From Eledone cirrhosa (taxonomy: Eukaryota), in contig OZ024757.1 in NCBI GenBank assembly GCA_964016885.1, forward strand, positions 22,506,001-22,570,000: a stretch of 64,000 bases of DNA, in the 5' to 3' direction. How positions within the stretch are numbered: the first letter of the stretch is position 1; the number at the start of each line of letters is the position of its first letter. The position numbers and the translations under genes were made by a program. This document shows positions 39,790-52,446 of this stretch, piece by piece. The notes beneath the pieces were generated by a model. That model was given only the letters and a program-made list of their open reading frames with translations. It made no database searches and was not told where the DNA came from.

Positions 39790-39795
<6 letters not shown>

Positions 39796-40122
39796 AATGC
39801 CTTGGGAGGGTCATGTTGCCAATAAGAAACACATGCACCAGTTGCTTTCACTCCAATTTATTATAAATTAAATTTATAAATTTAAGAATTTGTGATGAAA
39901 GAACTTTGACAATATATGAACAATCGTCTGGTTGTGGAACCAACCAACCAACCAGAAATTTATAAATTCTTAAATTTATAAATTTAATTTATAATAAATT
40001 GGAGTGAAAGCAACTGGTGTGTGTGTTTCTTATTGGCAACATGACCCTCCCAAAGTATAACAATATCGGTTTTAACACACGTTTTCAGATAAAGAATCTT
40101 GCTAAACAAATTCAGAAACGAA
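39790..40122 (+). mobile_element. Penelope-like terminal fragment with an inverted 5' duplication
   Basis: 39891-40122 matches 45759-45977; preceded by a ~95-bp inverted copy of its own downstream part. Confidence 0.7.
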
Positions 40123-40229
40123 ATATATATTTATATATATATTATATACACATGTTTTACTGAAATGCGAGATTGTTATGCTCGAAAATTATCAAGTTGA
40201 GGGGCTGTCAGTAATATATTAACATATAT

Positions 40230-40259
40230 ACATGCATGTATGTAGACACACACACATAC

Positions 40260-40314
<55 letters not shown>

Positions 40315-41183
40315 TGAGCATATACATATAGGTGCATGTACACACACGGACACATATATACATACACATACATACATGTACACACACGGTCACATATATA
40401 GACATGTACATGTACACACATGGGCACATGCAAACAAGCATGCACACACACACAGAGACACATACATGTACACATGCATTTCACACACACATGAACATAT
40501 ACAGACACACACACACATTAGCACACATGTACAGACACACACACAGACATTAGCATAGATATACACACACACACATTAGCACAGACACACACATTAGCAC
40601 AGACATAAATACACACACACATTAGCAGACACACACACACATATACAGATACACACACACACACATTAACATACACACACACATTAACATAGACATACAT
40701 ACACACATTAACAGACATACATACACACACACATTAACATAGACATACATACACACACACATTAACATAGACATACATACACACATTAACACAGACAAAC
40801 ATACATTAACACAGACATACACACACACACACACATTAACATAGACATACATACATTAACACATACATACATACACACACACACACATTAACATAGACAT
40901 ACACACACACATTAACAGACATACATACACACACATTAACATATACATACATACACACACACATTAACATAGACATACATACATTAACACAGACATACAC
41001 ACACACATTAACATAGACATACATACAATAACATTCAACTACACACACGACATACATACATGTAGACATACACACACACAAACAGACACACCAAAATACA
41101 TAAATATATACATGTATATATGTGTGTGTGTGTGCGTGTGTCTGGGTGTGTGTATGTCTGTCTATGTCTATGTTAATGTGCGC

Positions 41184-41218
<35 letters not shown>

Positions 41219-41460
41219 CGTGCGTTTGTGTGTGCGTGTGTGTGTGCATGTCTGAGTGAGTTCATGTCAGTGTGTGTATGTCTATGTGTGTGTGTTTGTA
41301 TGTATGTATATGTCAGTGTGTGTGTATGTCTATGTGTGTGTATGTGTGTATGTATGTATGGCAGTGTGTGTGTATGTCTATGTGTGTGTATGTGTGTGTT
41401 TGTATGTATATATCTGTGTGTGTGTATATATGTATGTGTGTATATATGTATGTGTATATA
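40230..41460. repeat. (CA)n then (GT)n degenerate microsatellites with a cacattaacatagacata sub-unit
   Basis: Direct reading. Confidence 0.92.
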
Positions 41461-41519
41461 TCATTTATATTCTATTAAAACATTAGTTGTAACTTCTGTC
41501 TCATGAAGCAATTATAAAT

Positions 41520-41965
41520 TGGTGGTGATGGTGATGGTGATGGTGGTGATAATGGCATGGTGGTGGTGGTGGTGGTGGTGGTGGCGGTGGTGGTAGCACT
41601 GCTGCTGATGGTGGTGTGGGTATTGGTGGTTATGCTACTGGTGGTGGTGTGGTGGTGTTGTTGGTGGTGGTTATGCTTCTGCTGGTGGTGGTGGTGGTGG
41701 TAGCATTGCTGCTGATGGTGGTGTGGGTATGCTACTGGTGGTGGTGTGGTGGTGTTGTTGGTGGTTATGCTGCTTCTGGTGGTGGTGGTGGTGGTGGTGG
41801 TGGTAGTAGTGGTAGTAGTGGTGGTGGTGATAGTGGTGTCAATGGTAGTGCTGCTGTGAGTGGTGGTGCTGATGGTAGTAGTGGTAGTAGTGGTGGTGGT
41901 AGTAGTGGTGGTGGTAGTAGTAGTGGTGGTGGTAGAGGTGTCAATGGTATTGCTGCTGTGAGTGG
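41520..41965. repeat. (GGT)n-rich microsatellite with internal block duplications
   Basis: Direct reading. Confidence 0.92.
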
Positions 41966-42264
41966 TATATGCAATAGAAGGTGTTATATTTATGTTCAGG
42001 GAACCAGAACCAACTGGTTTGCCTCAAAGCTGTATACCTAGCTTAGCTCACTAGTTTCTAATGTTTTTACACTTATTTTACTATATTTTTTTTCATTTGA
42101 AAATGAAGTCACATTCTCTGCTTATTGATTTATATGAGGTTGATAGCCCCAGAGAGCAACCGGGTGATAGAAGTTCAAAGAGAAATAAAATAGATGACTT
42201 CAAGTGGGCATCACATACACCCAGTAAAAATCATCATTATCATCATTATCTTCGTTATCATTTA

Positions 42265-43575
42265 GGGTGGTAGGTAGGTAGATTGGCAGTATCGGTAGAG
42301 TGTCGGACAACATGCTTTGCAGCATATAGTTACAGCGCATAATGTTCTTCAGTAATTGTTTCTACTTTAGGAACAAGGCCAGCAATTACCCAGTGCATTA
42401 CAGGTACTTTATTTTATCGACCCCGTAAGGATGAAAAGCAAAGTCAACCTCGGCAGGATTTGAACTCATATCGTAAAGGGACGTAACTATGCTGGAAAGC
42501 ATGGCGTCCGACCCTCTACCGATACTGCCAATCCACCGCCATCATGTTCTTCAGTAATGCACTGAGTAATTGCTGGCCTTGTGCCAAGAGTAGAAACAAT
42601 TGTGCTCTTGGATTGGCAGCATCGGTAGAGGATCAGATGCCATGCTTTGAAGCATAGAGTTACCTCCCTGTATGATCTGAGTTCAAATCCCGCCGAGGTT
42701 AACTTTGCCTTTCATCCTTCCCGGGGTCGATAGAATAAAGTACCAGTAATGCATTGGGTAATTGCTGGCCTTGTGCCAAAAGTAGAAACTATTATGTTCT
42801 GTATTCAAAACCTGCCAGGGCCAGCTTTGCATTTCATCCTTACAGGATTGATAAAATAAAGTACCAGTAATGCATTGGGGATGATTTAATCGACTTTCCC
42901 TTCTCCCTCAAATCGTTGGCCTTGTGCCTAAATCAGAAACCATTATTATTATAAGGCAGTGGAATGGCAGTATCGGTAGAGGGTCTGATGCCATGCTTTG
43001 CAGCAATGAGTTACGGCCCTTTATGATCTGAGTTCAAATCCCGCCGAGGTTAACTTTGCCTTTCATCCTTACGGAGTCAATAAAATAAAGTACCAGTAAT
43101 ACACTGGGGTAATTGCTGGCCTTGTGCCAAAAGTAGAAACAATTATTATTATTAGGGTGGTGGATTGGCAGAGCATTAGAGACTATGCTTTGCAGCATAG
43201 TTATGGCCCATTAAGTTCCGAGTTTAAGTGCCGCCGAGGTTAGATTTACCTTTCGTCCTTACGAGCTTGATAAAATAAAGTACCAGTAATGCAGTGGGGG
43301 TTGATTTAATTGACTTTCCCCTCCCCAAAAATTGCTAGCCTTGTGCCTATAGTAGAAATCATTATTAAGGCAGAGTATTGGCAGTAACCGGTAGAGCATC
43401 AGACATTGTGCTTTGCTACGTCTAGTTACGGCTCTTTATATTCTGAGATAGAAACCTGCCAAGGTTGGCATTGCGTTTCATCCTTACGGGGGTAATAGAA
43501 TAAATTACCAGTAACACACTGGGATTGATCTTTTCCCTTCCACAAAATTGTTGGCCTTGTGCCTAAATCAGAAGC
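42265..43575 (+). mobile_element. Dense cluster of about 7 SINE-B copies, one nested in reverse
   Basis: Heads at about 42265, 42610, 42955, 43155 and 43368; reverse copy 42357-42540 flanked by atgttcttcagtaat on both sides. Confidence 0.88.
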
Positions 43576-43794
43576 CGTTAACTTCATATTCATCAGTTAA
43601 CATCCATGAGTATTCTGGTTTTTAGAACAGGGTACTTTGTATCCTTGCATGCCGTTAACCCTTTAGTCACTAAAAGGGTTAGTGTCAAAGAAGGGCATCT
43701 GCTTGTAGCAAAAACACTGTATCAAAACATCCCCTCCAACCCATTTCAGCATGGAATACTGGGCAAGAAAAGAAACCTATGATGATATACATTA

Positions 43795-44245
43795 TCATCA
43801 TCATCATCATCGTTTAACATCCATTTTCCACGCTAGCATGGGTTAGATGGGTTGTCTCGTTAGAGTCAAGTTGAGTCAATAGACTGTCTTGCTCATATAG
43901 AACTGTTTCTGGCGAGGTTTCTACAGCTGGATGCCCTTCCTAATGCCAACCATATTTACAGTGTGTACTGGGTGCTTTTTGTCGTGACTCCTACACGACT
44001 ACATTTAAAATGTGGGAGGGTGCTTTTTGTTGTGACTCCTACACGACTACATTTACAGTATGTACTGGGTGATTTTTGTTGTGACTCCTACATGACTACA
44101 TTTACAGTGTGGGTGGGTGCTTTTTGTCATGAGTCCTATATGACTACATTTAAAGTGTGGGTGGGTACTTTTTGTTTACAGTGTGAGGGTGGTGTGAACA
44201 GAAGTGGGTGGGGGTATATGGTTATGAGGTGCCTACTAGATGTAT
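43795..44245 (-). mobile_element. RTE 3' UTR relative with an expanded ~47-bp module array
   Basis: catttacagtgtg..ctgggtgctttttgt.gtgactcctacacgacta occurs 4-5 times; gaggtgcctact is shared with 61961. Confidence 0.75.
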
Positions 44246-44301
44246 GTTAGAGTCTGTGCACATGGAAAGGCATATCTTTTGTATTACTTACTGCAAAATG
44301 C

Positions 44302-44337
<36 letters not shown>

Positions 44338-45464
44338 TTTATAGTAGTAATAGTCAAATAATATATTTTATTTTTAGTATCATGGTAACTTTTGGGCCAG
44401 CCTGTGTGTGTATATATACACACACATATCTATATATATAATTGGAGAAATGACAAGACAAACACAGAGATGCCAAATCACCAAGTGATATTAGTTTCAA
44501 GCTTAGGAGAAAGTAGTGTGTATGGGCAGCACATATGAACGCCGCCGATTCCCCAGCAGCAACGCGCAAGTGTACGGGTTGGCATGGGCAGGTGTGTTTG
44601 TGTGTGAGTACAGGTGTACCCATGGCACAAATTTATGACAGGTTTTGTAAATATATTTATTCAACAATATTGGCAATTAAAATATATTTAAATGAAACAA
44701 AATGGAGAAAAAGGGGAAAAAAGAGAATGAAGCTAAGAAAGGAAGGGTGGTGTCGGGAGGGAAATGATTAGAGTTAAAGGGAGAAGGAATCTGAGCAGTT
44801 ATTCAGCCCTCCAACAGACTGAATGGTGAAAACATTACCTCAGAAAATAACAGCAATAAAATGTTTTTTCTCAATTGTCAAAAATCATGTGATACCTCTC
44901 ACTCCGACCTGTCTTAAACCGCTTACTATAACTCACTCATGGTTTTATTCTCTCACTTTCATTCTTATTTTTTTCTCCTACTACCACTCACCTTGTCATT
45001 TAACAGCCTCCTACCTCCACAATATCTCACATTTCTATGACAACAAAATGACACTCTACCACAAATTATTACTCTATGTTGAAACCTAGATTGAGCCGGC
45101 TCAAAATTAAGGTTTATTCTGTCGCGCATTAAGATTCCACGTCTAGCGAAATATGTCTTCGTTTTGTCTCACTTTAGAAATGGTTTTTATGTTTTCCCTA
45201 TGTTTTTTTTTATGTGTTTTGCACAAATAAACCTTTCAAAATAGTCGGAAATTATTTTAATTAACTTTTTAGTTAAATTGTATTCGTTCAAAACATCAAA
45301 AATCATAGGGAAAAAAATGCCACCTCCTAAACGAAACTTATAATATTCACACCCAAACTCGGGTATTCTTCTTGTCCTTCAACCCCACCGAATAAAAATA
45401 AAAAAAGCAACAATTTCCAACAGTTTTGAAAGACTATATTCGTTCAAAATATATATATATAAAC

Positions 45465-45974
45465 ATAAATGAACTCCAACCAAAATTAAATAGAAAACAT
45501 GAATGGAATAGCAACATCACAACTTACAATTAAGGACAAAATGAAAACACACACAGAACAAACAAACAAACAACCAACCAGTAACATGTAAATTAACAAA
45601 TAAATAAACAAATATAAACACACACAGACACCCAGATGTAACACATGCACAAACTAAGCACACAACACACACAAAAACAAGATGGCATAGGACAGAACAA
45701 AGGAGAGGCACAAAAACAAAGAAAAGAATCCCCAGTCACTGAAGAGGTCACAGAATGTGTGACGAAAGAACTTTGACAATATATGAACAATCGTCTGGTT
45801 GTGGAACCAACCAACCAGCCGGAAATTTATAAATTCCTAAATTTATAATAAATTGAAGTGAAAGCAACTGGTGCGTGTGTTTCTTATTGGCAACATGACC
45901 CTCCCAAAGCATAACAATATCGGTTTCAACACACGTTTTCAGATAAAGAATCTTGCTAAACAAATTCAGAAACG

Positions 45975-45977
<3 letters not shown>
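45465..45977 (+). mobile_element. Penelope-like element 3' end (ORF tail, hammerhead, pseudo-LTR-like segment)
   Basis: INELQPKLNRKHEW...stop at 45531 resembles the P.LN...E end of the PLE GIY-YIG domain; a hammerhead motif follows. Confidence 0.6.
45735..45777 (+). ncRNA. Minimal type-I hammerhead ribozyme motif
   Basis: GTCA-CTGAAGA-G-GTCACA-GAATG-TGTGAC-GAAA-GAAC-TT-TGAC. Confidence 0.7.
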
Positions 45978-46023
<46 letters not shown>

Positions 46024-46032
46024 TAAGATAAT

Positions 46033-46352
46033 TAAGTCAAATATTTAAAATTTGGCTTCGTTTATTAAAGATGTACTGCTATATATATATTGGTGACAGC
46101 CATCATTGGCTGTGACCTCTTCAGGCAGTCCGAATCATATGATTCCAGTTCCTCAGAGAAATAACAACCCAACCAGGAGCTGGACATATCGGAGTATTGA
46201 TGGAGTAAAACACTTCAACAACATGTGTACCTGTCTCTACCACACACCAATTCGGACTGCCTGAAGAGGTCACAGCTAATGATGGCTGTCACCGAAATAT
46301 ATATAGCAGTAAATCTTTAATAAAGGAAGCCAAATTTTAAATATTTGACTTA
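46033..46352. repeat. Inverted repeat with ~103-bp arms and a 114-bp loop
   Basis: 46033-46135 is the reverse complement of 46250-46352 with few mismatches. Confidence 0.93.
46256..46310 (+). ncRNA. Complete minimal type-I hammerhead ribozyme motif
   Basis: ACTGC-CTGAAGA-GGTCACAGC-TAATGATG-GCTGTCACC-GAAA-TATATA-TA-GCAGT: all three stems and both core boxes present. Confidence 0.82.
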
Positions 46353-46614
46353 CTTATTGTACATTACTCCGGAGTAACCAAACCAACCTGCGTACTTCAT
46401 CGAGTGCTCCAATCTGCATACTGAGGTGTCAGTAAACAACCAACATATACTCAAAATATATACATATATATATATAAAACATAGGAAAAACATAAATTTC
46501 AGCTCAAAAACGAAACTGTTGTAATATTCAACTCCAAACTCGAAATCTTTATGGGTCCCATCTAAAACAAACAGACAGGAACTGTATGTATGAATATATA
46601 TATATACATACATA

Positions 46615-46692
46615 CAGGGTGTCCACAAAAGATGTATATACACTTCAACAGCATTCTAATCAAAGTGTTTATACATTTTTGGGGGACATCTT
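46615..46692. mobile_element. Very small Tc1/mariner-type MITE
   Basis: TA|CAGGGTGTCCACAAAAGATGTATATACACTT...AAGTGTTTATACATTTTTGGGGGACATCTT|TA; imperfect ~30-bp TIRs. Confidence 0.6.
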
Positions 46693-47459
46693 TACAATGG
46701 AGGAAGAAAGAGACGTTTCAGTGAGAGAGGGGGAAGAGATACTATTATTTTATGTTAAACCCTTCCCCCCCCCCCCCCAACTCAGTCCTCCAAAACGAGG
46801 CAACAACTTATTAGAAATCTAAACTATAATAAAGTAAGAAGCGCGGGACTGCGTAGGGTTTGTAAGTTTTTATCCTCTTAGTAAAATAAGTTGGATTACT
46901 TTGAATAAATAATGAATGAATATTACATAATTTATCTACTAAATTTCGTAGCTGTTCATTAAATATATTTTATTACTTATTTAAAGATTCACTTCTTTAA
47001 AATTTTCCTTTGTCAACACTTCCGGTTAGTGACCGTTTAAATAAATATTCATATATTTCTGTCACTAATTTTCTCCTATTGAAGTTTATATATAATATAG
47101 TCTTTTTTTTAATGTATCATGAATTACGTTACTGATTACATAAGACAGTGTAACGCAGTCTTCGTTCAATTTCTGAGTATATTGTCAATTACGATTTTAT
47201 TTGATCATATCTACATGGATATATATGTGTGTGTGTGTCCCCGAATGTTTGCAAAGTCTATACAAATCCACATTTCTATTCCGATTGACTTCAAACTTGC
47301 ATTTATATATTCCTTGCGGTCTAAAGATATTAACTGCAGCTTTTATTTTTCACTTTTCTGTTGTTAAAGGGGTGTTAGGCGCCGGTTAGCGATCTCTCTC
47401 TCTCTCTCTTTCTTAGTCTGTCTTTTTAGATAGATACATAGCTATAACGTCGCGCCCTT

Positions 47460-48182
47460 ATAATATCTGTCTGTATGTCTGGCTGTCTGCATTACGACAT
47501 TATGAAAACATTGTTCTCATTGCTGACGTATCTTCGCTATTTTCCGTTCATTGCCAGGGACGTCTTCACGAACCAAAGAATCGTCTTCCTGTTTTTCTTC
47601 GGTTGCAACGTTTTTCGAAATACTTACTTCTACGTTCACAGATTGATTTTTTTTAGTTTCAGAAGAGTCAAGGTCAAACTTTCAAAACTATTGGTATAGA
47701 TCTGACAAACCCATGTTTCAGTCATGGCATGTTTTATGTGGCTGTTTCAAGGACTGGAACGTCAACAAAACTCTACATTTTAGCCAATCAAGAAATGTTG
47801 TTTACCCTTAAGTTCTTCATTAGGACAAAGTATGAAATATATTTTCAGATATTTATTATGTTAAAAAATAAATAATTAAACCTTGAATTTCTAATTTGAA
47901 AATAATGCTTTACACAAAAATGAAATGATCAAGTTTTGAATTGATATTTTGAAAAAAAATATTCACAAGAAATAAAATAAGAATAAGATTTAATAATGTA
48001 ATTTTGATTTGATATATTACAAAAAATAATGTTTTCCAACTTTTCATGCATTACATTTTACATTGAGTAATATTGAAATGTAGAGTTTTTCTCCCTAAAT
48101 AATATTACTGATTTAAAATCAATCATCATTTTCTTACAAAAAAAATGTGTGAAATACAGCAAGACGCGGGTAATTTGGCTAG
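47460..48182 (+). mobile_element. Helitron/Helentron-like non-autonomous element
   Basis: 5' (CTGT)-type repeats; 3' end gcaagacgcgggtaatttggCTAG|T; internal segment shared with 58900-59070. Confidence 0.5.
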
Positions 48183-48300
48183 TATATTATAAGAACAGAT
48201 TAAAGTTTAAGCAAAGAATCTCTGCTTATGAGATCTTCAGAAACTCCACATTTATTATTACGATATATATATATATAATATATATATATAATATATATAT

Positions 48301-48331
<31 letters not shown>

Positions 48332-48575
48332 ATATATATAATATACACACCCTTCCCCTGTTGTTTGCCCTGTTGTTTGCATAGTTCAAGATTAAAAAAC
48401 CCAAACATACACAAATATTTGTTTCACGCCACGCTTGTCAAAATTAATGTCAATATATATATATTGTTATTATTTATCTCTCACTATATATACGTGTATA
48501 TGTATGTATACTTGTCGATATATATATATGTATGTATACTTGTCGATATATATATATATGTATGTATACTTATCG

Positions 48576-48607
<32 letters not shown>

Positions 48608-49166
48608 ACTTATCGATATATATATATATATGTGTGTATACTTGTCGAATGTCAATTGTTTTAAATTTTGTAAATATCGCACATATATATATGAAAATAG
48701 AAAATCTTTCTAGAGAATATAATTTAGCATAGGTTCTACCTTAAATGTTCCGTGCTCCTTCTCACATTGTCCGAGTACTCCATGTATGATTATATATATA
48801 TATATATATAGTCCATCAACAAAGTTCTTTTAAACCACAATCTTACGAACGTAAAGCTCTGTAAATCCAAAATGTAGTTAATCCTATCCTAGCTGTCGTA
48901 AGCTTGATAAACCTTGCTTGAACACAACATGGCTTTCTCAAATAATTCACAGCTGAATAATGTCTTACAATGTCTCAGTGACCAACCATTTATGTTCGTT
49001 TTGACAGCCCAGTTCAATAAAATAATAATTTAAAAAAAACGTATATTTCAATGTCTTGTTCTACTGCTCAGAAAACTTAATATCCTTCTTCTATAGTAAT
49101 TTCCTTTGATGTGGTAAAATAATTGTTTCTACTTTTGGCACAAGGCCAGCAATACGTATGTATGTT

Positions 49167-49197
<31 letters not shown>

Positions 49198-49336
49198 ATA
49201 TAAATGAAGTAATTCCGTCGGAAAGATCCAGGAAAAAAGAGTGCTCTTTATGAATTACAGAGCTTATTATCTTATGTTGTTTATTACATAACTATATATA
49301 TATATATTTATATACATACATATGTGTGTGTGTATG

Positions 49337-49380
<44 letters not shown>

Positions 49381-49384
<4 letters not shown>

Positions 49385-49510
49385 GCTTCTACTTCTGGCA
49401 CAAGGCCTGCCATTTACAGGTACTTTATTTTATCGACCCCGTAAGGATGAAAGGCAAAGTTAACCTTGGCGGGATTTGAACTGAGAATGGCAACGGCCGT
49501 AACTCTATGA
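49381..49510 (-). mobile_element. SINE family B, truncated
   Basis: Body and tail match. Confidence 0.8.
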
Positions 49511-50219
49511 TAAAATAATAATAAATATACTTGCTTTCAACAACTTCAATAAAGCTGTCAAGTTTTTGTTTTTTTTAGGGATTATTTCCAATAAATTATT
49601 TACAAACGTCATCTAGGAAACTACCCCTGTCTACCATTTCTTGTTGGGAAACAGGTGCCTGTCCATTTTTTTTTTTTTTTTAATCTCTGTAGTGGAATAC
49701 AAGTTTGAAATACTAAAAAGGGGCTCCGCAATGAGTTAATAAACAATGCACCATGTTTATAATTACATAACTTCATAATACGACATTTTTTTGTATTGTT
49801 ACTGTCTGCTTTTCCTGTTGATCACGTGATACCTCCTACTCCAATCTACCTCAAACCTCTTACTGCAACTCACTCATAATTGTATTCTCTCACTTTCCCT
49901 CACTCGTAATTTTTTTTTATTTTCCTACTTTTCTAAAAATAGGGTGAAATTGTTGAATTTTAATTTTAAATTTTAAAATTTAATCTTGATTTTCTCGACG
50001 TTTAAACCATTTAATAGAAATGTCACTTTTCACCATTTGTTTCTGAAAATTCTCTGAAGAATCGTTATTGCTGCCTACCATTTCTAAGGCCCCCTGAAAT
50101 GCCATGATGGACACAGTAAAACATCGACAGTAGTGCCCTAACAACTGCCTGCACCAGTTACGGGATATTAGTGGGTTGATTGATTGATTTTCGCCTGTTG
50201 TCTGTCGTTTCATATCCTA

Positions 50220-50510
50220 CTATAGCGTGGTTAAGATATTCAGTTCATGATCGTAAGGTCGTAAGTTCGATTCTCGGCACGGGCAGCCAGTTCTCTCTTG
50301 AAGCAAAACGTATTAATTCATGTTGCTCCAGTTAAAGTTCACTGAACTGACCAAACTGAGTTGTACCTGTAATTAAAGAGGCCAGTCTTGTCACACATTT
50401 TGTCAAGGTGAATCTCCCTGAGAGCTACGTTAAGGGAGCACGTATTTGTGAAATATTCAGCTATTTACACGTTAATTTATCGTCGGAAACGACGGAGGTC
50501 CAACATCAAT
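50220..50510 (+). mobile_element. SINE family D (diverged)
   Basis: tggttaag...gttcgattc head; tgaatctccctgagagctacgttaaggg body. Confidence 0.7.
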
Positions 50511-50599
50511 TTCCACCGTCTACGAGAGGGCTTGAAAAAGATTGTGGAAAAACGACAGTTGGTAAAAATCGATTTAAGTTATGATGTTTAAAAAACTCT

Positions 50600-51880
50600 C
50601 GCACAAACAGGTAATACACGAATCCAAAACCACATACAACACACAAGCAGGTAATACACATCTCTAGGACCACATACAACACACAAGCAGGTAATAATCA
50701 CATCTAGGACCACATACAACACACAAGCAAGTAATACACACCTCTAGGACCACATACAACACACAAGCAGGTAATACACACAACTAGGACCACATGCAAC
50801 ACACAAGCCAGTAACACACACATCTAGGACCACATACAACACACAAGCCAGTAATACACACCTCTAGGACCACATACAACACACAAGCAAGTAATACACA
50901 CATCTAGGACCACATACAACACACAAGTCAGTAATACACACATCTAGGACCACATACAACACCCAAGCAGGTAATACTCACATCCAGGACCACATACAAC
51001 ACACAAGCAAGTAATACACACATCTAGGACCACATACAACACACAAGCAGGTAATATACACATCTAGGACCACATACAACACACAAGCAGGTAATACACA
51101 CATCTAGGACCACATACAACACACAAGCAAGTAATACTCACATCTAGGACCACACACAACACACAAGCAAGTAATACACACATCTAAGACCACATACAAC
51201 ACAAAAACAGGTAATACACACATCTAGGACCACATACAACATACAAGCCAGTAATACATACCTCTAGGACCACATACAACACACAAGCAAGTAATACACA
51301 CATCTAGGACCACATACAACACACAAGCAGGTAATACACACATCTAGGACCACATACAACACACAAGCCAGTAATACACACCTCTAAGACCACATACAAC
51401 ACACAAGCAAGTAATACACACATCTAGGACCACATACAACACACAAGCAGGTAATACACACATCTAGGACCACATACAACACACAAGCCAGTAATACACA
51501 CCTCTAAGACCACATACAACACACAAGCAAGTAATACACACATCTAGGACCACATATAACACACAAGCAGGTAATATACACATCTAGGACCACATACAAC
51601 ACACAAGCAGGTAATACACACCTCTAGGACCACATACAACACACAAGCAGGTAATACACACCTCTAGGACCACATACAACACACAAGCAAGTAATACACA
51701 CCTCTAGGACCACATACAACACACAATCAGGTAATACACACCTCTAGGACCACATACAACACACAAGCAAGTAATACACACCTCTAGGACCACATACAAC
51801 ACACAAGCAGGTGATACACACATCTAGGACCACATACAACACACAAGCAGGTAATACACACATCTAGGACCACATACAAC
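50600..51880. repeat. 40-bp minisatellite, about 32 copies
   Basis: Unit ggaccacatacaacacacaagcaggtaatacacacatcta in strict phase. Confidence 0.98.
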
Positions 51881-52239
51881 AAAAGGCTGGTGAAAGGACA
51901 AACAAACCGCATCCAGAACAAAAGTTTGGAGTTGGCTAATCAAAAACAAACTTCATTTCAAATTATATTCTAAACAAAATAATAATTTAAAATATAATTA
52001 AAAGTAACGCAGTCGAATGATCTTTAGTAAATTTAAGTCTTTTGTTTTGTTTTTGTTTTTTGTTTTTGACAAAATAAATTATTTCAGAGCTTTATTTATT
52101 TGTTTATTTATTTATTTTACGGCGATTTAGGGTATTATTACGGGTACTACTCGATATAAAACTGGTATACTGGATATTAAAATGGGGTATAGACAATATA
52201 AAAACGTATATACAATCTATGAACACTGGTATATTACTG

Positions 52240-52446
52240 TCGGTTAACTACGTTTTCCAGCCTATGGCGTACAAGACATTTGGAGGAATCGGACTGCTAA
52301 TTGCGAGATTCCTATCTTCACTGGCGGCTCACCTAACTGAGGTAACTGGTGATGCTCGTGAGGACGCTTCGCTGTTCCACAGCATCAGCCTCGCCATCAC
52401 CTGGGGTAGCGTTGCGAGCGTGCTGGCTTGTCTAAAAAATTATTAG
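52240..52446 (+). mobile_element. C-terminus of a CRE-clade-like non-LTR retrotransposon ORF
   Basis: YVFQPMAYKTFGGIG...FLSSLAAHLTEVTGDAREDASLFHSISLAITWGSVASVL fits the F.P...ET.G...GD.RE...QRLS.A..RGNA.SV motif. Confidence 0.7.

Noticed and set aside
43653-43682. Apparent minimal piggyBac (ttaaccctttag...ctaaaagggttag)
   Set aside because: The right half is part of the RTE-tail module also seen at 2286 and 2497, so the hairpin may be coincidental.
47010-47035. ETS-like ACTTCCGG as a promoter element
   Set aside because: A single short motif with no gene or CpG-island support.
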